Positions 18,988 through 29,302 of a stretch of 39,552 nt of DNA are shown here, in pieces. The DNA comes from an uncultured Verrucomicrobiae bacterium (GTDB lineage: Bacteria > Verrucomicrobiota > Verrucomicrobiia > Chthoniobacterales > UBA10450), in contig CAVSDR010000001.1 in NCBI GenBank assembly GCA_963726745.1, forward strand, positions 1 to 39,552. Direction: 5' to 3'. The notes under the pieces are model-generated. The model was not told where the DNA came from. It saw only the letters and a program-made list of their open reading frames with translations, and did no database searches. The position numbers and the translations under genes were made by a program. Each line of letters opens with the position of its first letter. Within the stretch, counting starts at the first letter, position 1.

Positions 18988-19818
18988 TCAGGGCTTGGCC
19001 ACGCCGCCCTCGAACTGGACCGACTGCAATTCCAGAAACACAGTCCCCAGGAAGATTTGCGACTCCGCGCGCAGGATGAGGCGGTCGTTGTCGTCCGAGA
19101 GCCAGGCGGTGGCCTGCTTGAATTTCTTGTGCGGCTGGAGCACGTGCTGGTCATTTATCTTCTGCAACTGCACGTCGACCTTGATCGCCGGAAAGGTGCC
19201 CAAGGGCACGGTGATTTGCTCCCGGCCCAGCACCGTCACGGTGCAGAGGTAACCGGTCGTTTGGGGATAAACGACCACGCGTTCGACCGCGCCTTGAGCC
19301 AGCGGTTTCGAACGCAGGTAGAGGAGCGCCGAGCTAAGGCTCATGGTGTCTGGCAGAGTGAAGCTGCGGGTCTTATCCTTCGATTGCCCGTTCTTTTCCT
19401 CCAGCCGCCGACTGGTCGCGCCCTGCGGGGTGAAAGTAATTTCAGTCGTTAGGCGCTTGTTTCGCGCGCGCTCCACTTCCCGCACCTGGATGGGGCGCAG
19501 GGTGCGTGGCTCCGCCGTGCTCCGGTGCTCGACCTCGAATTTCCAAAGCTTGCGCGCCAGCCCTTCGGTGCGGCCGGTGGCCTCGAGTTGCAAAAGTCCC
19601 TCGGCGGTGCGCGAAAAGCGCAGTTCCGCGGTCGCGGCGGTGACTCCGTTCCAGCCGAAATTGTAGTGCGCCCGCGCGGGCCGCAGCTCCGGAAAATTGC
19701 CGGGCGCATACGGGCCGAGGGTGGCGCGCCATTCTTCGCCGGCGCGGAGCCCGCCCAGACCGGCGCACGCGAGCGCGAGGACGAGGAGGAGGCAGGCGGA
19801 GAATTTGCGGGACAACAT
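18988..19818 (-). CDS. Secreted DUF3108-like protein
   Basis: Signal peptide; HYNFGWNGVTAATAEL, LSSALLYLRS, GREQITVPLGTFPAIKV, WLSDDNDRLILR. Confidence 0.7.
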   Translation of the reverse strand: MLSRKFSACLLLVLALACAGLGGLRAGEEWRATLGPYAPGNFPELRPARAHYNFGWNGVTAATAELRFSRTAEGLLQLEATGRTEGLARKLWKFEVEHRSTAEPRTLRPIQVREVERARNKRLTTEITFTPQGATSRRLEEKNGQSKDKTRSFTLPDTMSLSSALLYLRSKPLAQGAVERVVVYPQTTGYLCTVTVLGREQITVPLGTFPAIKVDVQLQKINDQHVLQPHKKFKQATAWLSDDNDRLILRAESQIFLGTVFLELQSVQFEGGVAKP

Positions 19819-19872
19819 TGAGTGGAGATGCGCGTGGTAATATCGCCCGGGATGGCGCGACCGGCACGGAGC

Positions 19873-19911
19873 AAAAAAAAACACACGCAGGCGAACCTAC
19901 GTGTGTTTTTT
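19873..19911 (-). terminator. Rho-independent terminator after bamA-skp (possibly bidirectional)
   Basis: aaaaaaaaacacacg-c-agg-cgaa-cct-a-cgtgtgtttttt hairpin with A/T tails, just downstream of the skp stop. Confidence 0.8.
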
Positions 19912-19928
19912 CTAAAGCAGGAAAGCGC

Positions 19929-20573
19929 TTAGGGCTTCTTGGCCGGGGCGGGCGTGCTGCTGGCGGCGGCCGAGGCGGCCGGCGAAGCATCGGCGGTCGA
20001 GACCCGGCCGGGCTTGTTGAGCACGGCGACGATGTCGTTGGTGAATTCCATCGGCTCGCGCGAATACATCAGGACGGGGACGCCATTAAGGCTCATGCCG
20101 CTTTTGTCGAAGACGAGGTCGAGGTTATTAGCCTTCACTTTGTCCATCACGATGTCGGTGATTTCCTTGACGATACCTTCACGCATGCGGAGCGCCTGCT
20201 CCTGCAACTGACGCTCGCGCGTCTGGCGGAATTCGTTGATCTCGCGCTCCATGTTCTTGATGTTCGCGATCTTTTCGTCGCGCTCTTTGGCCTTCTGCGT
20301 CTTCGCATCGGCGCTCAAGGTTGGGCCTTCGAGCTGCTTGTTGAGATTGTTGATCTCGTCCAGCGCCTTCTTGTAAGACTCGGCGCGATCCTCGTATTCC
20401 TTGCGCGCGGCGTCCTTGGCCTGGTTGATCTTGGCCTCGGCGTCCTTGGTCTTGTTATATTCTTTGAAGGCCATGTTCATGTCGACCGTGCCGACTTTCA
20501 GATTGCCCTGAGCATAGCTCGCGAGCGGAAGGGCAATCGAGGCGAGGACGGCGACAGTAAGGAACTTTTTCAT
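19929..20573 (-). CDS. skp: OmpH/Skp periplasmic chaperone
   Basis: Signal peptide, KVGTVDMNMAFKEY, long coiled coil, NLDLVFDKS, FTNDIVAVLN; lies downstream of bamA. Confidence 0.9.
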   Translation of the reverse strand: MKKFLTVAVLASIALPLASYAQGNLKVGTVDMNMAFKEYNKTKDAEAKINQAKDAARKEYEDRAESYKKALDEINNLNKQLEGPTLSADAKTQKAKERDEKIANIKNMEREINEFRQTRERQLQEQALRMREGIVKEITDIVMDKVKANNLDLVFDKSGMSLNGVPVLMYSREPMEFTNDIVAVLNKPGRVSTADASPAASAAASSTPAPAKKP

Positions 20574-20620
20574 AAACGGGTAATTAAGAGAGGGTATAGA
20601 CCGCAGGGTTGTCGGTTCGT

Positions 20621-22927
20621 TCAAAATTGATAACCGACATTGAAATTGAAGCGGCCGGAGCTGCTGTTATTTCCGCCAGTCTGAACCGGGAAGCCGTAAT
20701 CAATACGGATTGGTCCGATTGGCAAGTCCAGACGCAGCCCGATGCCGACGTCGGACGCGAGGCGTCCGCCAAGATCAAAGGCATTCGGATCGACGAAACC
20801 GGCGTCGGAAAAGACCGCGCCGCGCACCTTCTCGATGATCGGGAAAGTCAACTCCACGGTCATGCGCGCAAGGGTGCGGCCGCCGATGGGCTCGCCGTTG
20901 GCGTCCTTCGGTCCGACATCGCGGAAGTTGAAGCCGCGGAGGTTATTTGCGCCACCGAGGAAGAGGCGGTCGAAGAGGGGCACGTTCTTGGCCGAGCCCC
21001 AGGTGTCGATCGTCGCCAGCTCGCCGTTGACCAGCACGATGAGGTCGTAAGGCAGCGGGATGTATTGCGACATTTCCAGATCGCCGCCGAAGGTTTGCGT
21101 ACTTCCACCGAGGAAGCCGCCGGCGATGAAGGGCGTGAAGACGATGCGCTGGCCGCGGCGGGAAAGGAAGGGATTGTCGCGCGTGTCGAGCAGGAGCTGA
21201 GTCGAAACCTGGCTCTTGGTGCGGGAACCGGCCTCAATCTTGATCAACGAAGAGGCGTCCTGCGAGACGTTGAAAATGTCCACGTCTTCCAGGCGATACT
21301 CCACGCTGGCGGACATGAAGCGGCCGATGCCGCGGCGGGCCACGACGGAGAAGCCGTAGTTCCGCTGGTCGTAGATCGAGCTGAGGAAGTTTGCCTCGCG
21401 GTAGTAGGCTTCGCCGCCTAACGAGAGCTGGCGATCGAGGAAATACGGCTCGGTGAGCGAGACGACAAAGTCTTTCCGCTGCGAGCCAAACTGCACGCGG
21501 GCGCGGAATTTCTGGCCGCCGCCGGTGAAGTTCGGCCAGTTCATCAGGTCGAAGTTGCCCTGCGTCAGCTCGATGAAACCGATCACGCTATCGATCGTGC
21601 TGAAGCCGGCGCCGAAGTTGAGCGAGCCGGTGCGCTTCTCGTCCACCTGCACGACCAGGTCCTTGCGGCCGGCCACGCCGGTGTCTTCCGGGAACGTCTC
21701 GACGCGCGAGAAATAGCCGAGATTCTCCAGGCGCTTCTTGCTTGTTTCCACGCGAGTGGTGCTGAAGACATCGCCGGGTGCGATCAAAACCTCGCGGCGA
21801 ATGACCTTATCCTTCGTGCGGGTGTTGCCGATGATGTTGACCCGTTGCACGAACGAGCGCGTGCCTTCCTCGATCTGGTAATTGATGTCGATCTTGCCCG
21901 GGCCGCTCGGCACCCCTTGCGGCTGGACCACGAGGTCGACGTAGCCGCCGCTGCCGTAGCCGTCCGCGATGCGCTTGGCGTCTTCGCGAATCTGTTTGGG
22001 CGAATAAGGATCGCCTTCCTTCATCTTGATCAGGAGGCGGACCTTGTCGGCGGGCGCGACCTTGGTGCCTTTGATCACGATTCGGCCCACGTGATACTGC
22101 GGCCCTTCATTGATCGCCACGATCAGGATCATCCGGCCGCCCTGGCGCTCGCGGCGGGTGTCCTTCACCTCGACGTCGATGTAGCCCTTGTTCTGGTAAA
22201 ACTCGCGCACCGCGTCCACGTCTTGTTGCAATTGGACCTCGTCGAGTCGGCCGGATTTATCGAGGAAAGAGATGAGCGTTTTGCCCTTGGTCTTCATCTG
22301 CTTGCGCAGGATGTAATCGCTGAACGCGCGGTTGCCCTCGAAGCGAATCCGGCTGATCGCGCCCTTCTGGCCTTCGTTGATCGTGTAGACTACGCGCGAA
22401 GTGCCGCGCGCTTCGTTCGTCTCCACGCGATACTGCACGTCGACGTCGTTGAAGCCTTTCGCGCGATAGGCATCGATGATCTCCTGCTTGCCTTTCCCGA
22501 GCGCGTCTTCGTCCAGCGGCGCGTTCGGTTTCGCGCCGATTTTCTTGCGCAGAAATTTAGCCGACAATTTGGTCGCGCCGTTGATCTCGATCTCGTGCAC
22601 GAGCGCGCGCGTCTGCACGGCCACGATCACCCGCACGCCTTCACCGGTGGGCTGGCCGAAGATGCGGACGTTCTGCACCTGGCCGGTGTTGTAGAGATTC
22701 TTGATGTCCTGCTCGACGATGTTGTCGGAATAATTCTGCCCCACCTTCGTGCGCATCTGCGCGAGGATGCGGTCGCGGCTGATCGTTTCCGGACCAGTGT
22801 ATTGCACCTCGATCGACCGGATGGTCATGCCGCTGTTCTGCGCCGAGAGGGGCGAAAGTGGGAGCAGCGCCAACAGCAGAGTGCAAAGGGCCAGGAGGCT
22901 GCGAACGGGACCAACGGAGCTTTTCAT
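20621..22927 (-). CDS. bamA: Outer membrane protein assembly factor BamA
   Basis: POTRA domains (GNTRTKDKVIRREV, RLENLGYFS), TGSLNFGAGFS, LRGF (VRGF-type motif), PIGPIRIDYG, terminal Phe. Confidence 0.95.
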   Translation of the reverse strand: MKSSVGPVRSLLALCTLLLALLPLSPLSAQNSGMTIRSIEVQYTGPETISRDRILAQMRTKVGQNYSDNIVEQDIKNLYNTGQVQNVRIFGQPTGEGVRVIVAVQTRALVHEIEINGATKLSAKFLRKKIGAKPNAPLDEDALGKGKQEIIDAYRAKGFNDVDVQYRVETNEARGTSRVVYTINEGQKGAISRIRFEGNRAFSDYILRKQMKTKGKTLISFLDKSGRLDEVQLQQDVDAVREFYQNKGYIDVEVKDTRRERQGGRMILIVAINEGPQYHVGRIVIKGTKVAPADKVRLLIKMKEGDPYSPKQIREDAKRIADGYGSGGYVDLVVQPQGVPSGPGKIDINYQIEEGTRSFVQRVNIIGNTRTKDKVIRREVLIAPGDVFSTTRVETSKKRLENLGYFSRVETFPEDTGVAGRKDLVVQVDEKRTGSLNFGAGFSTIDSVIGFIELTQGNFDLMNWPNFTGGGQKFRARVQFGSQRKDFVVSLTEPYFLDRQLSLGGEAYYREANFLSSIYDQRNYGFSVVARRGIGRFMSASVEYRLEDVDIFNVSQDASSLIKIEAGSRTKSQVSTQLLLDTRDNPFLSRRGQRIVFTPFIAGGFLGGSTQTFGGDLEMSQYIPLPYDLIVLVNGELATIDTWGSAKNVPLFDRLFLGGANNLRGFNFRDVGPKDANGEPIGGRTLARMTVELTFPIIEKVRGAVFSDAGFVDPNAFDLGGRLASDVGIGLRLDLPIGPIRIDYGFPVQTGGNNSSSGRFNFNVGYQF

Positions 22928-23064
22928 AAAAACAAGGATTTGCGCGGGCCTGTCAAAGCCAGCCCGGTGCAGGCGGTATTAGTTGGTAGTGGCAAGGGAT
23001 CGTCAAGGCGGATTTCCCGCGGACGCTTTCGGTTTGGCGCGGGGGAAGAACGCATTCCGCGGCT

Positions 23065-24140
23065 CTAATTCAAGAGTTGATACCAATTATTCCGGCGGCG
23101 CGGCTCGTAGCCGGCCTCGCGGATCAGGCGCTCGATGTCCCCGGCGGTCAGGCGAAACGTCGTGCCTGCGCTGCTGACCACGTTCTCCTCCATCATCACC
23201 GAGCCGAAATCATTTGCCCCGTAGCGCAGCGCGATCTGGCCAATGTCGGGCCCCTGCGTGACCCAGGAGCTTTGCACGTTTGGGAAATTATCCAGGAAGA
23301 TGCGCGCGAGCGCCTGCATCCGGAGATACTCGGCCACGCCGGCGCGTTGCTTGATTTTCAAGACCGTGTTTTCCGGCTGGAAGGTCCAGCAAATGAACGC
23401 GGTGAAGCCGCCGCTCGCATCCTGCTGGTCGCGCAACCGCTGCAAATGCTCGATCCGGTCCTCGATCGTCTCCACATGGCCGAACATCATCGTCGCGCTC
23501 GAGTTCAGGCCGAGCTCATGCGCGATCTGCATCACCTCGAGCCATTGGTCGGAGTTGCACTTCAAGGGCGAGATCCGGTTGCGCACCCGATCGACCAGAA
23601 TCTCCCCGCCGCCGCCCGGGATCGAGCCCAGGCCTGCGGCCTTGAACTCGCTGATTATTTCCCGCAGCGATCGCCCGAAGACCTTCCCGAAATGCTGGAA
23701 CTCCGGCGGGCTGAATCCGTGGATGTTGATGTGCGGATACTTCGTCGCGGATATGCCGCAGGAGATTGAGATACCACTCGAAGTCCAAGCTTCGGATGAT
23801 GCCCGCCCTGCATCAAAATTTGCACCCCACCGACTGCGGTCAGCTCGTCGAGCTTCTGGTCGAGTTCCTCAAAGCTCAACACGTAATGATCGGCATCCTT
23901 TTCCGTGCGGTAGAACGCGCAGAACTTGCAGTAGACATTGCAGACGTTGGTGTAGTTGATGTTCCGGTCGACGATATAGGTTACGGTTTCGTCCGGCACC
24001 GCGGCGCGGCGCCGCGCATCCGCGAGTGCGCCCAGCTCGGCCAGCGGCCAGCGATAAAGCTCGAGCGCGTCGGCCGCGGAAATGCGTTCGCCCGCGAGCA
24101 CGCGCTCGCTCAAAGTTTGTTCCGTCGCCAGGGCTACCAT
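23065..24140 (-). CDS. mqnC: Cyclic dehypoxanthinyl futalosine synthase (radical SAM); two frameshifts (~23785, ~23745)
   Basis: YIVDRNINYTNVCNVYCKFCAF (CxxxCxxC), LMQGGHHP, SIPGGGGEIL, ATMMFGHVE, VQSSWVTQG, GANDFGSVMMEENVV across three frames. Confidence 0.9.
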
Positions 24141-24203
24141 CGAGCCAAAGTGTAGGTTAATCCCCCGCCGCGCGCATCAAGATCCGCGCGCCGAAGTTGC
24201 CGG

Positions 24204-25106
24204 CTATTTTCGCAGGAGGTCGTGCTTGGCGGCGAACTCCAGGAGCGCGTCATTGAACTTCTGCGGCTCGTCGATCATCAGGAAATGCGAGACGCCGCTC
24301 CAGACTCGGTAGTCCAGATTGGGGCAAAGCGAATGCGCGAATTCTTCATACTCCGCGGTCCAGGCCGGCTGCTTTGCCATTAGCATCAACACCGGCACCT
24401 CGATCCGGTCGGGCTTCCACAAGTCCGCCTCCTGCATACTTTCCATCTCGCTCACGGCCACGTTCTGCGCACCGCGCTGCATCATCGCCCGCACCTGTGC
24501 GCGCGCATGCTCGTCCTTCATCGGTTCGGTCATCCCGTCGACAAATCGTCTCACCGTCGCGGCGTACTCCGGACCGCGCAGCGGCGCGATAAATCGCTCC
24601 ATCATCGCCGCATCGCCAAACGGCCGCAGCGCCCCATCCACGATCACCAGCGCGCGCACCTTCGCCGGAAAACGTCGGAGAAATTGCCGGATCACCGGCG
24701 TGCCGTTGCTGTGGCCCACGAGGATCGCAGCGGTCACGCCCGCATCGCGCAGGACCGCGTCGAGCGCCTCCGCCTGCCGATCCATGGTATAGTTCACCGA
24801 CGGCCGATCGCTTTCGCCGTGGCCCAGGAGGTCGACCGTGAGCACGCGCGCCTTTTCCGTGAGCGCGAGGATTTGGCGCGTCCAAACGCTCTCGTCGCAG
24901 TTCCAGCCGTGCACCAGCACGAAGGCCACCGGGCCTTCCCCATGGCTGCTGTAGTGCACCTTGGCGCCCTCAAACGCGGCGAACCGCGAGACCCGCGGCA
25001 CGCTCGCGGACGCGACCTCCCCGAGGCAAAAGAACAGCGCCGCCACCAGCCGAAGTTTTCCTTTCGACACGCTCGCGAGGTTATGGTTCCGCTCAGGCGC
25101 GTGCAA
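24204..25106 (-). CDS. Secreted alpha/beta hydrolase (start uncertain)
   Basis: LVHGW, DLLGHGES, nucleophile elbow GHSNG, C-terminal SHFLMIDEP; N-terminal hydrophobic segment. Confidence 0.88.
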   Translation of the reverse strand: MHAPERNHNLASVSKGKLRLVAALFFCLGEVASASVPRVSRFAAFEGAKVHYSSHGEGPVAFVLVHGWNCDESVWTRQILALTEKARVLTVDLLGHGESDRPSVNYTMDRQAEALDAVLRDAGVTAAILVGHSNGTPVIRQFLRRFPAKVRALVIVDGALRPFGDAAMMERFIAPLRGPEYAATVRRFVDGMTEPMKDEHARAQVRAMMQRGAQNVAVSEMESMQEADLWKPDRIEVPVLMLMAKQPAWTAEYEEFAHSLCPNLDYRVWSGVSHFLMIDEPQKFNDALLEFAAKHDLLRK

Positions 25107-26057
25107 TTCGAAAGCGGAAGCGAGATCGCGGTCATCGGCGCCGGCGTGGCCGGGCTCACCTGCGGCATCTTGCTGGCTAAAGCCGGCGCGCGCGTGCGGC
25201 TCTACGCGGAGGAAACCGGCGCACGCACTACTTCCGCCGCGGCCGGCGCGATCTGGTTTCCCTACGATGTCGAGCCGCTCGAGCGCGTCCTCCCCTGGGC
25301 GCTCGCGACCTTTGAAACACTCCGTGGCCTTGCGCGCGTGCCGGGCACCGGCGTGCGCTTGCTCGAGCTGCGCTGCTTTGCCCGCGCGGGCGAAATCGCA
25401 GTGCCTTCGTGGGCCAGGCAGCTCGGAGCGCGCTGCCTAACGAGCAGTGACTGCGCGCTTCACGGCTTCGCCAGCGGCTACGCGCTCGAGGTGCCGATGA
25501 TCGATACCGGGATCTACCTCGCCTGGCTGACGGATGAACTCCTGGCCGCCGGCGGAAGGATCGAGGGCGGCATCCGCTTCGCGCGGCTCGAGGAGGTCCC
25601 GCGGAAACATCCGCTCCTCGTGAACTGCGCCGGCGTGGGCGCGCGCGAACTGGTGCCCGATCGCGAGGTCGAGCCGCACCGCGGCCAGGTCGTGCTGGTC
25701 GCAAAATACCCGCTCGCTTACGCGATCGTCTGCGACGATCCGCCGTTGATGTACGCCTTCCCGCGCACGCACGATTGCGTCCTCGGCGGAACCAACGAGC
25801 TCAGTGCCGACCGCACCCCGCGCCCGGCCGAGCGCGCTTCTATATTAGAAGCGTGCGCGCAGGTCCTGCGCTGGCCGGCACCGCCGGCAATCCTCGGAGA
25901 ACGCGTGGGGCTGCGGCCCTTCCGCCGGACCGGCGTGCGGCTGGAGCGCGCGTCGTTAGGCGATGGCCGCGCGGTGATCCACAACTACGGCCACGGCGGC
26001 TGCGGCTTTACCCTCTCGTGGGGTTGCGCCGCCGAGGCGGTTGAACTTGCCGGCTAA
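25101..26057 (+). CDS. D-amino acid oxidase-like FAD-dependent oxidoreductase
   Basis: IAVIGAGVAGL, TTSAAAGAIW, VNCAGVGAR, PHRGQV, GLRPFR, IHNYGHGGCGFTLSWGCA (DAO signature). Confidence 0.9.
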   Translation: MQFESGSEIAVIGAGVAGLTCGILLAKAGARVRLYAEETGARTTSAAAGAIWFPYDVEPLERVLPWALATFETLRGLARVPGTGVRLLELRCFARAGEIAVPSWARQLGARCLTSSDCALHGFASGYALEVPMIDTGIYLAWLTDELLAAGGRIEGGIRFARLEEVPRKHPLLVNCAGVGARELVPDREVEPHRGQVVLVAKYPLAYAIVCDDPPLMYAFPRTHDCVLGGTNELSADRTPRPAERASILEACAQVLRWPAPPAILGERVGLRPFRRTGVRLERASLGDGRAVIHNYGHGGCGFTLSWGCAAEAVELAG

Positions 26058-26068
26058 TTTTGCCGCGG

Positions 26069-26467
26069 TTACGTCAGCGAGATCGCCTGGAACGAGCTTA
26101 CGACGTCGTCCGGGCCGGCATCGGTGAAGAAGCACTCGTAGAAGCCCGGGCCGAGATCCCAATGGTCGCCCTTGTAATAATCGTCGCGATAGAAGCGCCA
26201 GACGCCGCTGACCACGATGAGCGAGCTGATCCGGTCGTTCCAATAATCGCCCAGGAAATGGAAGCTCAGGTTAGTCCGCGCGTAGGCGCCCTTGAAGCCG
26301 GCGTGATCGTAGATCACCACTTCCGGCAGGCGCACCAAGCCCTCCGCCGGCTTGTCCGTCATCATCTGCGCGGCGCAGGCATGATAACTCAGCGGCCCGA
26401 CTTTCCATTTCGTGTCGATGATACAGCCATTGTCTGGCGACAGCTCGGTCTTCGGTAGGTCTCTCAT
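26069..26467 (-). CDS. Beta/gamma-crystallin domain protein
   Basis: IYDHAGFKG...WNDRISSLIVVSGVWRFYRDDYYKG...LGPGFY...DDVVSSFQ shows two Greek-key motifs. Confidence 0.8.
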   Translation of the reverse strand: MRDLPKTELSPDNGCIIDTKWKVGPLSYHACAAQMMTDKPAEGLVRLPEVVIYDHAGFKGAYARTNLSFHFLGDYWNDRISSLIVVSGVWRFYRDDYYKGDHWDLGPGFYECFFTDAGPDDVVSSFQAISLT

Positions 26468-26525
26468 GGTCGTGGGGAATTCCAGCAGTTGCTCTTGGGG
26501 TTGTCGAGTTTTTCGAAGGCGCCGG

Positions 26526-27590
26526 CTAAATCCGGTGCTCCCGGTTCGTCGAACGTAATCGGATCGTCTTGTTCTGCAGGTCGTGCTGCGCACGGATGAA
26601 GCGCACGGTTTTGCTCTTCGCCCGCATGAGCACGGAATGCGTGATCGTCTTCGCACCGCGCGTTTTCACGCCCGGCACGAGCGCGCTGTCGCTGATCCCA
26701 GTCGCGCAGAAAATGATGTTCTTCCCATGCGCCAGGTCGTCGGCAAAAAAGACCCGCCCAAGATCGTCGCCGTAGCCGTCGGCGATCAACTGCGCGCGCT
26801 CCTTCTCATCGCGCGGCCACATCCGGCACTGCATGTCGCCGCCCAGGCACTTGATCGCCGCCGCCGCCAGGACCGCCTCCGGCGAACCGCCAATGCCAAG
26901 ATAAAGATCGATCCCGCTCTCCGGAATCGCCGGCCCGATCGCGGCCGCGATGTCGCCATCGCTGATCATCCGCAGCGACGCGCCGACGCGCCGGATTTCC
27001 GCGACCATCTCCTTGTGCCGCGGCCGGTCGAGCAACATCACCACCACATCCTGCACGCGCTTGTTCAACGCCTTCGCCACCGTAATCAAAATCTCCTCGA
27101 TCGGGCTCTCGAGCTTCACGCTTTGCAACCCGGAGATCTGCATGCTCCGCACCACTTCCGGTCCGTAGGCCAGCTTCATCATGTAGAACGCCGGGATGTC
27201 GCGCAGCGCGACTTTCACTCCTTCTTCTGGGCTCGCGGCCGCGATGCAGGCGATCGAATTCGGCGCGCCTTTCGAGATGTTCGTCGTGCCGTCGATCGGG
27301 TCGAGCGCGATGTCGAACGGCGGGCAACCCGGCAGCCACGTGCCCAGATGTTCGCCTTTGAAAATCCCCGGCGCGTCGTCCTTGATCCCCTCGCCGATCA
27401 CGACCTCGCCGCAGATGTTCATCAAGTCGAACATCCCGCGGATCGCATCGCAGGCGGCGGCATCAGCCAGCTCTTTCTCGCCGCGCCCGAGCCATTGGAG
27501 GGAATTCAAAGCCGCGGCTTCGGTCGCGCGCACGAAGTCGAATTCAATGATGCGCTCGATGTCCTGGTAGGCCTGCCGCTGGAGTCTCAT
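26526..27590 (-). CDS. glpX: Fructose-1,6-bisphosphatase class II
   Basis: RATEAAAL, VVIGEG, DIALDPIDGT, LDRPRH, ISDGD, GIGGSPEAV, FCATGISD. Confidence 0.95.
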   Translation of the reverse strand: MRLQRQAYQDIERIIEFDFVRATEAAALNSLQWLGRGEKELADAAACDAIRGMFDLMNICGEVVIGEGIKDDAPGIFKGEHLGTWLPGCPPFDIALDPIDGTTNISKGAPNSIACIAAASPEEGVKVALRDIPAFYMMKLAYGPEVVRSMQISGLQSVKLESPIEEILITVAKALNKRVQDVVVMLLDRPRHKEMVAEIRRVGASLRMISDGDIAAAIGPAIPESGIDLYLGIGGSPEAVLAAAAIKCLGGDMQCRMWPRDEKERAQLIADGYGDDLGRVFFADDLAHGKNIIFCATGISDSALVPGVKTRGAKTITHSVLMRAKSKTVRFIRAQHDLQNKTIRLRSTNREHRI

Positions 27591-27654
27591 GCGCGCCTAC
27601 TCTGCGCCGGATCGACGAAGCGCCGCAAGCCGCAGTTTCCGCTGGAGGCCGGTT

Positions 27655-28215
27655 TTAGCGCAGGCGGATCAAGGCCTCGTTCCGACGCAGGAAGAGCGGC
27701 GTCCAAGGCGGGTCGTAGTAGGCCACCCGGCCTTCCTCTGCGGCGGTCAGGCCATTGGCCGTGATCCAGGCGCGCAATGTCTCCAGCGCCTGGCGCGCGT
27801 TTTCCGGAGAGGCGTTTCCGCGAAAGCGGTAGCTTGCGAAACGCCCGGCTGGAATCACTTCCTCCAACAGCGCTGGATCATTCGGGCGCGTCTTCGTGCT
27901 CTCGTTAGGCAAAATGAAACTCATCCGCGCCGTCGTCTGCAGCACCGGCGAGGTCATGGGAATTTTCTCGCCGCGGGCGTTGGCCCCGGAGATGAAGCGA
28001 AAGAGCCGGCGGAAAGCTCCCTCGCGTTCCCCCTCCTCGCCGTGCAAGGGCGCACTCACCGTCACCAGCTGCCCGTAAAGTCGCACCTCGAAGCGCTCGC
28101 TTTTTATCAGCACCTGGTATTCCGGCGTCGCTGTGGCCGCCCGGGAATTCCGCATCGTCCAGAACAAGCCGCACGCGAGCGCGATCGTGCCAAGGAAAAG
28201 TGCGCGACGAGACAT
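27655..28215 (-). CDS. SOUL heme-binding family protein
   Basis: FEVRLY, AFRRLFRFISGAN, KIPMTSPV, MSFILP, YDPPWTPLFLRRNE. Confidence 0.88.
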   Translation of the reverse strand: MSRRALFLGTIALACGLFWTMRNSRAATATPEYQVLIKSERFEVRLYGQLVTVSAPLHGEEGEREGAFRRLFRFISGANARGEKIPMTSPVLQTTARMSFILPNESTKTRPNDPALLEEVIPAGRFASYRFRGNASPENARQALETLRAWITANGLTAAEEGRVAYYDPPWTPLFLRRNEALIRLR

Positions 28216-28252
28216 CGCAAAAGTTACGTCCGGCAACGCCCGGAGGCTGCTT

Positions 28253-29302
28253 TCAAGGAGCGAATTTTCGCTCGTGTTCCAGGAGCCACTTCTTGCGCCA
28301 CAAGCCGCCGCCGTAGCCGCAGAGCGTTCCGTCCGCGCGGATCACGCGATGACACGGAATGATGATCGCGAGCATATTGGTGCCGTTCGCGCGCCCGACT
28401 GCGCGGCGCGCGCCGGGGATCTTCAAGCCGTCGGCCATCCAGGAATACGAGCGCGTTTCCGCGACCGGGATCGAGCGCAGCAGCTCCCAGGTGCGCAATT
28501 GAAACTCGGTCCCGACCGGCGCGAGCGGCGTGCGGAATTCCAACATCTCGCCGGCAAAATAGGCGGCAAGTTCAGCGCGAATTTGCGCGAGAAAACGATG
28601 CTCGCCGGGAACGATCGAGCGGCCCAGGCGCGTCCGCAAAAGCCGCAGCTCCCGCTCCGTCGCGCGGCGATCGGCAAACTCCAGCAAGCGCAGGCCGGCG
28701 TCGTCCGCCACCGCCAGCATCACGCCGAGCGGCGTCTCGATGCGCTCCGCAAAGAGGCAGCCGCGCGCCTTCGCATCGCTCGGCGGCTCGCCAAAAATCC
28801 GCACAAACGCTTCGCGAAATCCGCTGGCGGATTCGAATCCGCTCTCGCCTTGCGCTTCCTCGACGCGCGCGCCATTCCGCACTTCGCGCAGGGCCAGACC
28901 CATCCGCCGCGCGCGATGGTAGGCCTGGAAGGTCATGCCGTAATGCCGCAGGAATTGCCGGCGCGCGGTCGAGGGATCGATCGCCAGGTCGCGCAATTCT
29001 TTCTCCGTGATCCGGCCACCCGGCGCCCTCTCCACTTCCGCGCGCAGGCGCTCGATCAAGGCCGGCGCGCGTTGCGCCGGATCCATCGGATGGCAGCGCA
29101 GACACGGCCGGTAGCCGCCCAGGAGCGCATCGGAAGCAGTCGCGAAAAACTCCACGTTTTGCGGCTGCGGCTTGCGCGCGCTGCACGTCGGACGACAAAA
29201 AATTCCGGTTGTGCGAATGCCGGCGATGAAGATGCCTTCAAAGCTCGCGTCCCGCTCGCAGAGCGCGCGATACATCGTGTTCGGGGGAGGGAGAAGTTCC
29301 AT
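28253..29302 (-). CDS. ada: Bifunctional Ada regulator / O6-methylguanine-DNA methyltransferase
   Basis: TTGIFCRPTC...GYRPCLRC Zn-binding site, AraC-type HTH, GTEFQ, AVGRAN, active-site IPCHRV. Confidence 0.93.
   Translation of the reverse strand: MELLPPPNTMYRALCERDASFEGIFIAGIRTTGIFCRPTCSARKPQPQNVEFFATASDALLGGYRPCLRCHPMDPAQRAPALIERLRAEVERAPGGRITEKELRDLAIDPSTARRQFLRHYGMTFQAYHRARRMGLALREVRNGARVEEAQGESGFESASGFREAFVRIFGEPPSDAKARGCLFAERIETPLGVMLAVADDAGLRLLEFADRRATERELRLLRTRLGRSIVPGEHRFLAQIRAELAAYFAGEMLEFRTPLAPVGTEFQLRTWELLRSIPVAETRSYSWMADGLKIPGARRAVGRANGTNMLAIIIPCHRVIRADGTLCGYGGGLWRKKWLLEHERKFAP

Noticed and set aside
20609..23068. Long plus-strand ORFs antisense to bamA (and similar ones opposite uvrD, glpX, ada, STAND)
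   Set aside because: Typical high-GC shadow ORFs with no recognisable motifs.
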